Source of the DNA: Octopus sinensis
Lineage: Eukaryota
DNA length: 64,000 nt
Direction of reading: 5' to 3'
Assembly: GCF_006345805.1 (NCBI RefSeq)
Contig: NC_043007.1
Location: 52,700,001-52,764,000 of the forward strand
In this document: positions 26,325 to 37,901 of the stretch, in pieces
Layout of the letters: the number at the start of each line of letters is the position of its first letter
Position numbering within the stretch: position 1 is the first letter of the stretch
Made by a program: the position numbers and the translations under genes
The notes under the pieces: generated by a model
The model's input: only the letters and a program-made list of their open reading frames with translations
Told to the model about the DNA's origin: nothing
The model's database searches: none

Positions 26325-26504
26325 TATATATATATATATACACACATATATACAATGGGCTTCTTTCAGTTTCCTTCTATCAAATCCACTCACAAGGCTT
26401 TGGTCGGCCCAAGGCTATAGTAGAAGATACTTGCCATGTGCATGTATATGTGTGTGTGTGTGTGTATGCATAAATATATATATATATATTTATGTGTATA
26501 TATG

Positions 26505-26560
<56 letters not shown>

Positions 26561-26630
26561 CATATCAGTCGCCATAATACATTGTTAGCCACTACACATG
26601 CTTTTTTCTCTCCTTGCTTTTTCCGTGTCC

Positions 26631-26666
26631 CTTTCTATAGAAGAGCGTAGGCTCGAAACGTAAAAG
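26631..26666 (+). ncRNA. Hammerhead-like motif family F1 (non-canonical core); other copies at 303-338(+), 28070-28105(+), 40956-40991(-), 57539-57572(-)
   Basis: CTTT-CT(G/A)T(G/A)GAA-GAGC gtag GCTC-GAAA-CG-TA-AAAG. Confidence 0.55.
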
Positions 26667-26776
26667 ACTTTTTCTATTCCTGAGCCTTATACTAATACAT
26701 CTGTTTGTTTTGTACACCACCTGTCTTCGTCTTTTGCTTTTTCGTAACCTCTCCCTATATATGTGTGTGTGTGTGT

Positions 26777-26810
<34 letters not shown>

Positions 26811-26812
<2 letters not shown>

Positions 26813-27400
26813 AAGAAGCATTGGTTATAGAACAAACATTAAATTTGGGTCAACGACTTTACATACAATTTTGATCTGTGCGTGTCTTCCGTTTCCTGTT
26901 TGTCCTGATGAGGGTGTCATCACCATGTTGCACTTTAGTGTAAATAAACTGTGGTGGTGAGCTCCCGAAATGGCCATAGATATATGTGAATGTTGAATTT
27001 GACAAGTGGGAGTCTTTCTAGTTATGTATGAGGGAAGTAAAAGACGCTTTTCAAATATTTTTTTAAAAATTAAAAAAAAAATTTTTTTTTATATATTTTA
27101 ATCATCTGATAAAACTTTTTTAGTCAGTGGATATTTATTTTTACCAAAAAAAAACCTAATGGTTCTTTGGTAATTTTTGAATTTTTAGCCATTTATATTT
27201 AACATTTTCGATAGGCCATTCTATTTGTATTTTATTCATTTATATACTTTTACCTTCTGTGATTTTATGCATATGTATTATTTTTAATGGTTTGGGAACC
27301 ATGGCGATTTTTATATAGAGATTAAATGTTTGAGGGGTGGTGTTGTTTGTAAAGTCATTGACCCAAATTTAATGTTTGTTCTATAACCAATGCTTCTTTA
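26811..27400 (+). mobile_element. 590-bp fold-back cassette with ~57-bp terminal inverted repeats and an intact hammerhead; second copy at 28243-28829
   Basis: taaagaagcattggttatagaacaaacattaaatttgggtcaacgactttaca at the left end and its reverse complement at 27345-27400. Confidence 0.85.
26901..26982 (+). ncRNA. Type I hammerhead ribozyme, canonical core, palindromic stem III (F7)
   Basis: TGTC-CTGATGA-GGGtgTCATCACCA...TGGTGGTGAgctCCC-GAAA-TGGCCA-TA-GATA; predicted cleavage after AUA at 26978. Confidence 0.8.
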
Positions 27401-27519
27401 TCTTTGTCTCATTTATATTTGAGCACTTCTTTTGCAGTCCTATAACCCTTTTGTTTCTATTAGAAGAGACAAATATTATTTCTTGTATGTATGTATGTAT
27501 ATATATATATATATAATAT

Positions 27520-27555
<36 letters not shown>

Positions 27556-27705
27556 CTCTTTTATTTGTTTCAGCAGTTTGACTGTGGTCATGCTGGAGCA
27601 CCGCATTTAGTCGAGCAAATCGACCCCAGGACTTATTCTTTGTAAGCCTAGTTCTTATTCTATTGGTCACCAAGCTATGTTGGGGGGACAAACACAGACA
27701 TTCAA

Positions 27706-27777
<72 letters not shown>

Positions 27778-27959
27778 ATACACACATATATACAATGGGC
27801 TTCTTTCAGTTTCCTTCTATCAAATCCACTCACAAGGCTTTGGTCGGCCCAAGGCTATAGTAGAAGATACTTGCCATGTGCATGTATATGTGTGTGTGTG
27901 TGTGTATGCATAAATATATATATATATATTTATGTGTATATATGTATGTATATATATAT

Positions 27960-27993
<34 letters not shown>

Positions 27994-28194
27994 CATATAC
28001 ATATCAGTCGCCATAATACATTGTTAGCCACTACACATGCTTTTTTCTCTCCTTGCTTTTTCCGTGTCCCTTTCTATAGAAGAGCGTAGGCTCGAAACGT
28101 AAAAGACTTTTTCTATTCCTGAGCCTTATACTAATACATCTGTTTGTTTTGTACACCACCTGTCTTCGTCTTTTGCTTTTTCGTAACCTCTCCC

Positions 28195-28244
<50 letters not shown>

Positions 28245-28332
28245 AAGAAGCATTGGTTATAGAACAAACATTAAATTTGGGTCAACGACTTTACATACAA
28301 TTTTGATCTGTGCGTGTCTTCCGTTTCCTGTT

Positions 28333-28414
28333 TGTCCTGATGAGGGTGTCATCACCATGTTGCACTTTAGTGTAAATAAACTGTGGTGGTGAGCTCCCGA
28401 AATGGCCATAGATA
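28333..28414 (+). ncRNA. Identical second copy of the F7 hammerhead
   Basis: Same sequence as 26901-26982, offset by 1432. Confidence 0.78.
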
Positions 28415-28923
28415 TATGTGAATGTTGAATTTGACAAGTGGGAGTCTTTCTAGTTATGTATGAGGGAAGTAAAAGACGCTTTTCAAATATTTTTTTAAAA
28501 ATTAAAAAAAAATTTTTTTTATATATTTTAATCATCTGATAAAACTTTTTTAGTCAGTGGATATTTATTTTTACCAAAAAAAACCTAATGGTTCTTTGGT
28601 AATTTTTGAATTTTTAGCCATTTATATTTAACATTTTCGATAGGCCATTCTATTTGTATTTTATTCATTTATATACTTTTACCTTCTGTGATTTTATGCA
28701 TATGTATTATTTTTAATGGTTTGGGAACCATGGCGATTTTTATATAGAGATTAAATGTTTGAGGGGTGGTGTTGTTTGTAAAGTCATTGACCCAAATTTA
28801 ATGTTTGTTCTATAACCAATGCTTCTTTATCTTTGTCTCATTTATATTTGAGCACTTCTTTTGCAGTCCTATAAACCCTTTTGTTTCTATTAGAAGAGAC
28901 AAATATTATTTCTTGTATGTATG

Positions 28924-28974
<51 letters not shown>

Positions 28975-30082
28975 TCACACATATTAATATAAATATCTAT
29001 ACATATGTATGTGTGTGTGTGTTTGTGTTCATATCCCCACCATCGCTTGACAACCAATGTTGCTGTGCTTATGTCCCCATAACTTAGCCATTTGGCAAAA
29101 CACACCGATAGAATAAGTACCAGGCTTACAAAGAATAAATCCTGGGGTCATTTCTTTGACTAAATGTGGTACTCCAGCATGTGCGCAGTCACATGATCAA
29201 AACAAGAAAAACAATAAAAAAAACTATGCCATTTTAATCCTGAGCGACACTGGGTATCACTGCTAGTATTCTATAACTGTCACAATATAGAAACATTTCT
29301 CATGGCACCAGCACACAATTTACAGATGCTTACATTTTTTTGTTTTCTGTGAAGTTTTCACCAATCCAGCTAGTTACTTTCATTACTGCTATTACTATTA
29401 TTACACATTTAATTTTGGTAATTCTTATTTAAATACATCTTATAACAATAAGTATGATATGAATCTTTCAAAAATAACTGTTTCAAAACATTAACAGACA
29501 AAAACATTTACAAAGGCAAAAGGTAATAAACATATCCAAATAAACTATACAAACTTGTTAGTATGTCACACACACAAAGTTGTATAAGCAAATATATATA
29601 CATTGTCGTTGCTGTTATTATTGTCATCATTCATCATTCATTGTCCATGATAGTATGAGTTGGATGGTTTGACCAGGACTGGCAAAAAGGCTGCATCAGA
29701 TTCCAATCAGATTTGGCATAGTTTCTGCAGCTGGATACTCTTCCTAATGCTAACCACTCTGAGGGTGTAATGGGTGCTTTTACATGCCATCAGCATGGGT
29801 GCCATTTGCATAACACCAGTGTCTTCCACAACTGTGATTTTACTTGGCTTGATGGGTCTTCTACTCAAGCATGATATAATACCAAAGGTCTTGGTCATTT
29901 GTTATTGCCTCTGTGAGGCCCAACTCTCAAAAGGAATTTTTCATGTGCCACTGGCATCAACCATTTTGCCTCCGTGAGGCCCAATGCTTGAAGGGTGCTT
30001 TTTACATGCCAGCAGCACAGGTGCCAGTTACGTGACATCAGCATCGTCCATGACTACAATCCCACTTGGCTTAGTCATATAT

Positions 30083-32250
30083 ATCATCATCATCATCATC
30101 ATCATCATCATTTAGCGTCCGCTTTCCATGCTAGCATGGGTTGGACGGGTCAACTGGGGTCTGTGAAGCTGGAAGGCTTCGTCAGGCCCAGTCAGATCTG
30201 GCAGTGTTTCTACGGCTGGATGCCCTTCCTAATGCCAACCACTGTGTAGTGGGTGTTTTTTACGTGCCACCTGCACAGGTGCCAGACAGAGCTGGCGGAC
30301 GGCCATGAACGGATGGTGCTTTTACGTGTCACCGGCCCGGGGCCAGGCGATGCTGGCAACGGACACGAACGGATGGTGCTTTTACGTGCCACCGACACGG
30401 GGCCAGTCAGAGCTGGCAAACGGTCACGAACGGACGGTGCTTTTACGTGTCACCGGCACGGGGGCCAGCCGAGGCTGGCAACGGATGCGAACGGATGGTG
30501 CTTTTATGTGCTACCAACACGGTTGCCAGACAGAGCTGGCAAACAGCCATGAACGGACGGTGCTTTTACGTGTCACCGGTATGGGGGCCAGCTGAGGCTG
30601 GCAACGGACACGAAGGGATGGAGCTTTTACGTGCCACCGACACGGGGCCAGACAGAGCTGGCAAACGGACGGTGCTTTTACGTGTCACCGGCACAGGGCC
30701 AGGGGAGGCTGGCAACGAACACTAACGGATTGTGCTTTTACGTGCCACCGACACGGGGGCCAGGCAGAACTGGCAAACAGCCATGAGTGAATGGTGCTTT
30801 TACGTATCACCGGCACGGGTGCCAGACGAGGCTGACAGCGGACACAAACGGATGGGTCACTTAACCCCTGCTTTCTGATATATGATTTGATTTTGATTGT
30901 TCTCACTGGTCTTGCCGGGTCTTCTCACGCACAGCATACTTCCATAGGTCTCGGTCTCTGGTCATTTCCTTGGTGAGACCTAGGGTTCGAAGGTCGTGCT
31001 TCACCACCTCGACCCAGGTTTTCCTGGGTCTACCTCTTCCACAGGTCCCCTCAACTGCCAGGGTGTGGCACTTTTTCACACACCTATCTTCATCCATTCT
31101 CGCCACATGACCATACCAGCGCAATCGTCTCTCTTGCACACAACATCTGATGCCTCTTAGGTCCAACTTTTCTCTCAAGGTACTTACACTCTGTCGACTG
31201 TGAACACTGACATTACACATCCAACGGAGCATACTAGCTTCATTTCTCGCGAGCTTACGCATGTCTTCAGCAGTCACGGCCCATGTTTCACTGCCATGTA
31301 GCATGGCTGTTCGTACACATGCATCATACAGTCTGCCTTTTACTCTGAGCGAGAGGCCTTTAGTCACCAACAGAGGTAAGAGCTCCCTAAACTTTGCCCA
31401 GGCTATTCTTACTCTAGCTGTTACGCTTTCAGCACACCCACCCCCACTACTGACTTGGTCACCAAGATAACGGAAGCTATCAACTACTTCTAGTTTTTCC
31501 CCCTGGAAAGTGACGGAAGTTGTTTTCTGCAGATTTTCAGAGGTTAATGCTCCCGAGCATCTGCCACATACAAAAACCATCTTCCTAGTTAGCCTTCCTA
31601 TGACATTGCTGCACCTCTTATGTGTCCATAGCTTACACTTGGTGCATCTTATAGAGTTTCTACCTACACCTTTTCTACAGATCGAGCAGGGCCATCTACC
31701 TGAAGGCGTTTGTGATTTGTCTACCTTCCTACTTATTATGACTTTGGTTTTAGCTAGGTTGACTCTAAGGCCCTTCAATTCTAAACCATGCTTCCACACC
31801 TGAAACTTCTTCTCCAGTTCTGATATCAGCATAGAGGAGCTCCCAGGGGCATCCTGTCTTGAATTCCTCCGTTATTGCCTGGAGGACTATGATAAATAGG
31901 AGGGGGCTGAGGACTGAGCCTTGGTGGACCCCTACCTCTACCCGGAATTCTTCACTGTACTCATTGCCAACCCTCACCTTACTAGCAGCGTCCCTGTACA
32001 TGGCTTGCACAGCTCTCACTAACCATTCATCTATTCCTAGTTTCCTCATTGACCACCATATGAGGGATCGGGGGACCCTGTCAAAGGCTTTCTCCATGTC
32101 AACAAAAGCCAGGTACAGGGGCTTATCTTTGGCTAGGTATTTCTCCTGCAGCTGCCTTACCAGGAATATAGCATCAGTGGTACTTTTCCCTGGCATGAAC
32201 CCAAATTGCATCTCATCTAAACTAACTCTCTCTCTAATTAGTTGGCTTAT
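30083..32250 (-). mobile_element. Young RTE LINE, 5'-truncated; RT + PHD + C-terminus largely open
   Basis: ORFs 31765-32325 (FGFMPGKSTTDA...DMEKAFDRV...HQGSVLSPLLF...LYAD) and 30903-31832; ~30-bp deletion just after YAD; (TGA)n tail. Confidence 0.95.
30255..30850. repeat. ~61-bp minisatellite, 10 units alternating A/B, in the RTE 3' UTR
   Basis: Repeated gaacggatggtgcttttacgtg(cc/tc)accg(a/g)cacggggccag...; the copy at 55855-56345 has 8 units. Confidence 0.92.
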
Positions 32251-32663
32251 GACCTCTATATATATATATATATATATATGCTTATACAACTTTGTGTGTG
32301 TGTGTGAGTGAGTGTGTAGTAGCATACTAACAAGTTTGTATAGTTTATTTGTATATGTTTATTACCTTTTGCCTTTGTAAGTATTTTTGTCAATGTTTTG
32401 AAAATTGCCCGTATACTATTTTACTTGTCAAGATAATGTATCTATATCATCATCATCAATTAACATCCATTGGCCTTGCTGGCATGGGTTGGATGGTTTG
32501 ACCAGGGCTGCTAAGCTGGAAGGGTACATCAGACTCCAGTCTGATTTGGCATAATTGGTGCTTTTATGTGCCACCAGCACAGGTGCCATTTGCGTGACAC
32601 CGGTATCTGCCACAACATAATGCCAAAGGTCTCAGTCATTGTCTCAATGAGACCCAACACTCA

Positions 32664-32915
32664 AAAGGAGCTCAGTCACTTTGCCTCTGTGAGGACTATC
32701 ACTTGAAAGGAACTCAGCCAATTTGCCTCCATGAGGTGCAATGCTCAAAAGGAACTCAGTCACTTTGCTTCCACGAGGCACAATGTTCAAAAGGAACTCA
32801 GTCACTTTGCCTCCATGAGGCCCAACACTCAAAAGGAACTCAGCCACTTTTGCTTCTATGAGGCCCAATGCTTGAAAGGAACTCAACCACTTTGCCTCCA
32901 TGAGACCCCATGCTC
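32664..32915. repeat. ~42-bp minisatellite, 6 units, in the 3' UTR of the older RTE
   Basis: Repeated aaaggaactcagccactttgcctccatgaggcccaatgctc. Confidence 0.85.
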
Positions 32916-35498
32916 CAATGGTGCTCTTCACGTTCTACTGGCATGGGTGCCAGTTATGTAATACAAATATCAGCCATGACTATGATTTCACTCAGCTCGA
33001 CGGGTCTTCTCAAGCACAGCATATCGCCAAAGGTCTCAGTCACTAGTCATTGCCTCTGAGACTCAAAGTTCAAAGATCATGTTTCACCACTTTTACCCAT
33101 GGCTTCCTGGGTCTTCCTCTACCACAGGTTCTTTACACAGCAGTCCTCGTCTACATGCATCACATGACCATACCAGGGCAGTCATCTCTTCTACACCACA
33201 TCTGATGCCTAACTTTTCTCTCAAGGTGCTTACACTCTGTTGAACATGCACACTGACATTGCATACTGGCTTCATTTCTTTCAAGCTTATGCATGTCCTC
33301 AGCTGTCGCAGCCCATGTTTCACTACTATGTAGCAAGGCTGTTCGCACACAGGCATCATATAATCTGCCTTTCACTCTGAGGGAGAGGCCCTTAGTTGCC
33401 AGCAGAGGTAGGAGCTCTTTGAACTTTGCCCAGCCTAATCTTATTCTCACAGCTACACTCTCAGAGCATCCCCTTCCACAACTAACTTGGTCACCTAGAT
33501 AACGGAAGTTACTACCTCTAGCTTGCTCCCCTCCACTTGCAGTTGATGGAGTCTATTTTCTGCACATTTTCAGTGTTTATTACACCTGTGCATTTTCCAC
33601 ATACAAAAGCTTCTCCTGTTAACCTTCCTCTGATATTGCTGCACCTTTTATGTGTCAAAATCTTATGGAGTTTCTACCTGTGCCTTTTCTACAGATCATG
33701 CAGGGCCTAAAGGGATTTGTGATTTGCCTGCCTTCTTACTTTCGAAGACTTTGGTTTTTACGAGGTTAGCTCTAAGGGCCTTTGATTCTAGACCTTGCTT
33801 CCATACCTGGAACTTCTCTAGTTCTGGTAGTGATACAGCTATAAGAAGAAGGTCATCAGCATAGAGGAGCTCCCAGGGGGATCCTGTCTTAAATTCATCT
33901 GTTATTGTCTGGAGGACTATGATGAACAAGAGGGGCTGAGGACTGATCCTTGGTGAACCCCTACTTCTGCCTGGAATTCTTCACTATACTCATTGCCAAC
34001 CCCCACCTTATGGCTTGTACAGCTCTTACCAACCACTTGTCTATCCCTAATTTCCACATTGACCACCAGATAAGGGATCAGGGGTCCCTGTCAAAGGCTT
34101 TCTCCAGCTCAACAAAGGCCAAGTACAAAGGTTTATCTTTGGCTCGGAATTTCTCCTGCAGCTGTCTTACCAGAAATATAGCATCAGTGGTGCTTTTCCC
34201 TGGCACAAACCCAAACTGCATCTCGTCTAAACTAATTCTCTCCCTAATTAGTTGGGCTATGATGCTCACCATGACTTTCATTACCTGATCCAACAACTTG
34301 ATACTTCTGTAATTATTTGTATCTAATGCATCACCTTTACCTTTGTAGCAGTTAACTATGGTGCTGTTGCACCAGTCATTGGTATGACTCCTTCATGAAC
34401 CACCTGATTTTAAGCATCTCAGCAGTGATTTCTGATGGACTAGGGGCTATCCCTGTCTTCAAATCCTTAATTGCTTTATCTACCAAGGTACTGTTGATTC
34501 AGGTAACTGGTCCCTCAATTGGGTCAACATTTGGCAGACTCTTCCCCTCCCATTCATTCTCCACGTTCGGCAATTTTTTATAATGGCATTTCCAAGCCAG
34601 AATCATTAAATGCAAGTGCACCATCATCCATGCGGACACATTTCTCCTATGACATCACAATTTTCTCTCACACACTGTCTTGCAATCCAAAATACTTCAG
34701 TTCTTTGGTCCTCATGCCACTGAACATAGGCAAATTTCTTCTTTTCTACTTCTCCCTTGGCTTGATACACCTGTCTGCTAGCTTCCTTCCTTGCTATCTG
34801 ATACAGTTCCCAACTACTCCCACTCTTCCAGGCCTATTTCTTTGCACTAATGGCCCAGTCTACCGCATTGTTCCACCACCATGTTACCCTAAGTCCGGTT
34901 GGGACTTTGTACTAGCTACAGATTTGCTCTGTGGCTCTCAGCAAGCTGTCCTGCAGGAATTCCCAGTTGCCCTCTATGTCACAAGTTTGTAACTTCTCCT
35001 CCCTCTCATCAAATTTCTCAATTAAGATGTCCCTAAATCTCTGAACACATGAAGAGTCCTTAAGCTTCCAAAACCTTCTTTTTCAGACTGGTCTTCTTCT
35101 TGGTATCCTTCTGGCCCAGAGTCTAGAATCACTAATGACTAGTCTATGCTGGGGAATACATTTTTCACTAAGGAGGGTCTATGTATTTAAGAGCAGCCAT
35201 GCATCCTGCTGCCTAATGAGAATGTAATTGATCTGGTGAGTGTAGCCACCTGATTGGTAGGTTATCAGGTGGCTGGTCAGCTTCCTGAAGTTTCTGTTGC
35301 AGATCAATAGGTTATTTGCATCACAGAACTCCAGTAGTCTTGTTCCCTCTTTGTGAACCAATTCCATGCCCCCACCCCATGTACACCATGGAAAATACCA
35401 AGCTGCTGTCTGACAAGCCCACTGAAGTCCCCAGCCACAAAGATGAGATCCTTGTCATTTGTCTTAGAGGTAGTTTGCAGGAAAATATAATAAAAATG

Positions 35499-35917
35499 CA
35501 GTTCTATATTTAAGAGATGAGGAATTATGAACATTATTTACATTTGAAGGATATTCCTCATCTCTTAAATATAGAACTGTATTATCTAATTGGTACAGAG
35601 CTAACATTAGACTTCAATGGAGACATATAGAGAAACTCCATGGAAAACTAGCTCATCTTTCAAACCATTTAACTTTCCTGTGTAGATGTAGAGACTCAAA
35701 GCTAATACCACCAGTGGATTCATAAAGTGTAGCGGAAAGGGCAGGACATGCCCTCGTCCATGAAAGGATCCATTACAACCGTTGGAAAAAACATCAACTA
35801 AATAACAAAATCAGAGAGGTTATCTTCATTACTTAGGAAAATAACAAGAGATGATGATAGAAAGAGAATCCAACAAGATACAAGATGAGGACAAATAACC
35901 GTCAAATGTAAATAATG
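35499..35917 (+). mobile_element. Short Poseidon-type PLE insertion with a palindromic left end and a 13-bp TSD
   Basis: TSD tataataaaaatg at 35486-35498 and 35918-35930; IR gttctatatttaagagatgaggaat / attcctcatctcttaaatatagaac; ORF-start remnant WRHIEKLHGKLAHLSNHLTFLCRCRD. Confidence 0.85.
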
Positions 35918-37314
35918 TATAATAAAAATGGTCCTCTTTTCATTTGGTAGGCCTACTTATGGGGCATGGGCAGAGATAAGTGACACTATGTTATTCTGCA
36001 AGACTAGCATGAGCTTATGCACTCTATCACTCACTCTGATTACCTCTATGATCTTATCCACCCATTTCTCTGCGAGAAGTATGCCCACACCACCCTATCA
36101 CTGTTAGCTTCCCAGAAGATTTTATAACTATGTGTCTTGCCTGTGAGGAACCTGACTGAAGTTCCTCTCCACCTTACCCCTTGGATGCAGCATACATCAA
36201 CATGCCTCCATTCAAGCAGCTCAACAATCTCACTAGACCTACTTTTCACTGTGCCTACAAACAGTGGCAACCCTGAGAACTGGGTAAGGGGTGTGAGAGG
36301 GAACATAGACAGGAGAGATGGTATTGGGCACCTGAAAAGAAGGCTTCCATAATCGTTTGGTAACAGACATGTCACATCAGTTGATCTCGCTTTAACCTAC
36401 CATCATTCAAACAAGTTAAAATTGTTGTCGCTATTGGTAGTGAGTAGCATTGTAAATCTAAGCATTACTGTTGCAAATATAAATAGGTCAGTGTATAAAT
36501 TAATTAATTATATATATGATCTGCTATTGGTTAGTCCATTATATATAGGGAGAAACAGGTAGGTGGTTTGTTAATTTACTAATAATTCCCTAAAGTAATA
36601 TATCACCTTTTGGTGCACGCAGTAGTGTGGGCAATTGTTAGTGGCAGGGAAGGAGGGACGAAGATACGCATGTCTTCTGGTACAGAAGCGAGGCAGAGCT
36701 TCTGTAGGGGTTTCCAGTATTAAGATTAGATTTCTGGTATAGGTGGTGGGGGCAGAAATGGACAGGCACATCGTAGACAAGCAATGGTCAGTTTACTATC
36801 ATTGGGAAGAGAGACATGGCAACAGTGAGACATAAGTAAAACAAGAATGCATACAAATTTTAGAGAACAATAGTGAAAACATTATGAAACAGGGACAGAG
36901 AACTAAGATTTTAGGGAATTATGGTTTGAAGGCTATTTGAAGAATTAAATAGTTACAGGTTATGATAATACATGTTAGTATGATGGGTTAGATAAATGAA
37001 TGAATGAGGTGATTTAAAAAATGAGAAAAATCCTTAGCTTATATCTGTGTACATATTGATGCGTGAATGTGCATGAGTCTTTAAATGTAAGTGAAAGCAT
37101 ATGTAATAATGTATGAATTTATGTAAGTGTATTTATATACATTTATGAAGGGGTTTTGTTACTGTGCATATGATTATGTATGTATATCTGCACATGTATA
37201 TAGGTATATATTATGTGTGTGCATGTGTGTATGTACACATATGTATGAGTACAAATGTATATACACATATACTTAATGTATGTTCACATGTGACTATATA
37301 CATGTATGCATGTT

Positions 37315-37391
<77 letters not shown>

Positions 37392-37901
37392 AATCATGTA
37401 TATATTTGCATAGATCTCTTCCCTGAAAATGGAGGCTTGTAAATATTTGCATGTATGTATATGTGTATATGTTGAATGCAACAATATATTTATATACATG
37501 CATATGTATGCATTGTCTCTATCTCTAATTCCCTCTTTCTATTTTGACTTTTTTTACTCTATTCTCCTAACTATTTAAATGACTCCCGATTATTATTTAG
37601 ACTATGAATTAAAGTTTCATCTAAATGCAAATTTTGTATTATTTAGATTTTCTGTCTGATGAATTTCTACTAGATATCTTATACATTTTTTCTATATGTA
37701 CACCTCTGTAACTCGTATCAGGAAATGAAACACATAATGTTTTGATATGTAATGACTAAAAATTTCCAATATTTTTCAACTCTTATGCATGTGTCACAAA
37801 AATATAACAACTACATACAATTCTGAAGTATTGGAACATGCTGGTGTGCTTCATGAGGAAACAGCTTGGACTATATCCCTAACTACAAGCACATACATAT
37901 A

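Larger units (their letters stand above)
26092..28930 (+). repeat. Tandem duplication of a ~1430-bp unit (SINE + F1 pLTR tail + fold-back HHR cassette)
   Basis: Constant offset of 1429-1432 for all landmarks; differences are almost only in (TA)n/(TG)n length and 1-bp indels. Confidence 0.92.
32450..36380 (-). mobile_element. Older near-full-length RTE LINE (APE-RT-PHD), interrupted by a PLE at 35499-35917
   Basis: APE start VGTVKSRSSEIVELLEWRHVDVCCIQGVRW (36046-36375), IFVAGDF, RT fragments 33696-34296; APE sequence is continuous across the insertion. Confidence 0.85.

Noticed and set aside
26055-29105. Many IYIY/THTH/CVCV ORFs here and elsewhere
   Set aside because: Translations of (TA)n, (CA)n and (TG)n microsatellites.
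30255-30850. Regularly spaced ~61-bp repeats resembling a CRISPR array (also 55855-56345)
   Set aside because: There are no unique spacers; whole units repeat with A/B alternation, lie in a LINE 3' UTR, and no cas genes are present in this eukaryotic context.
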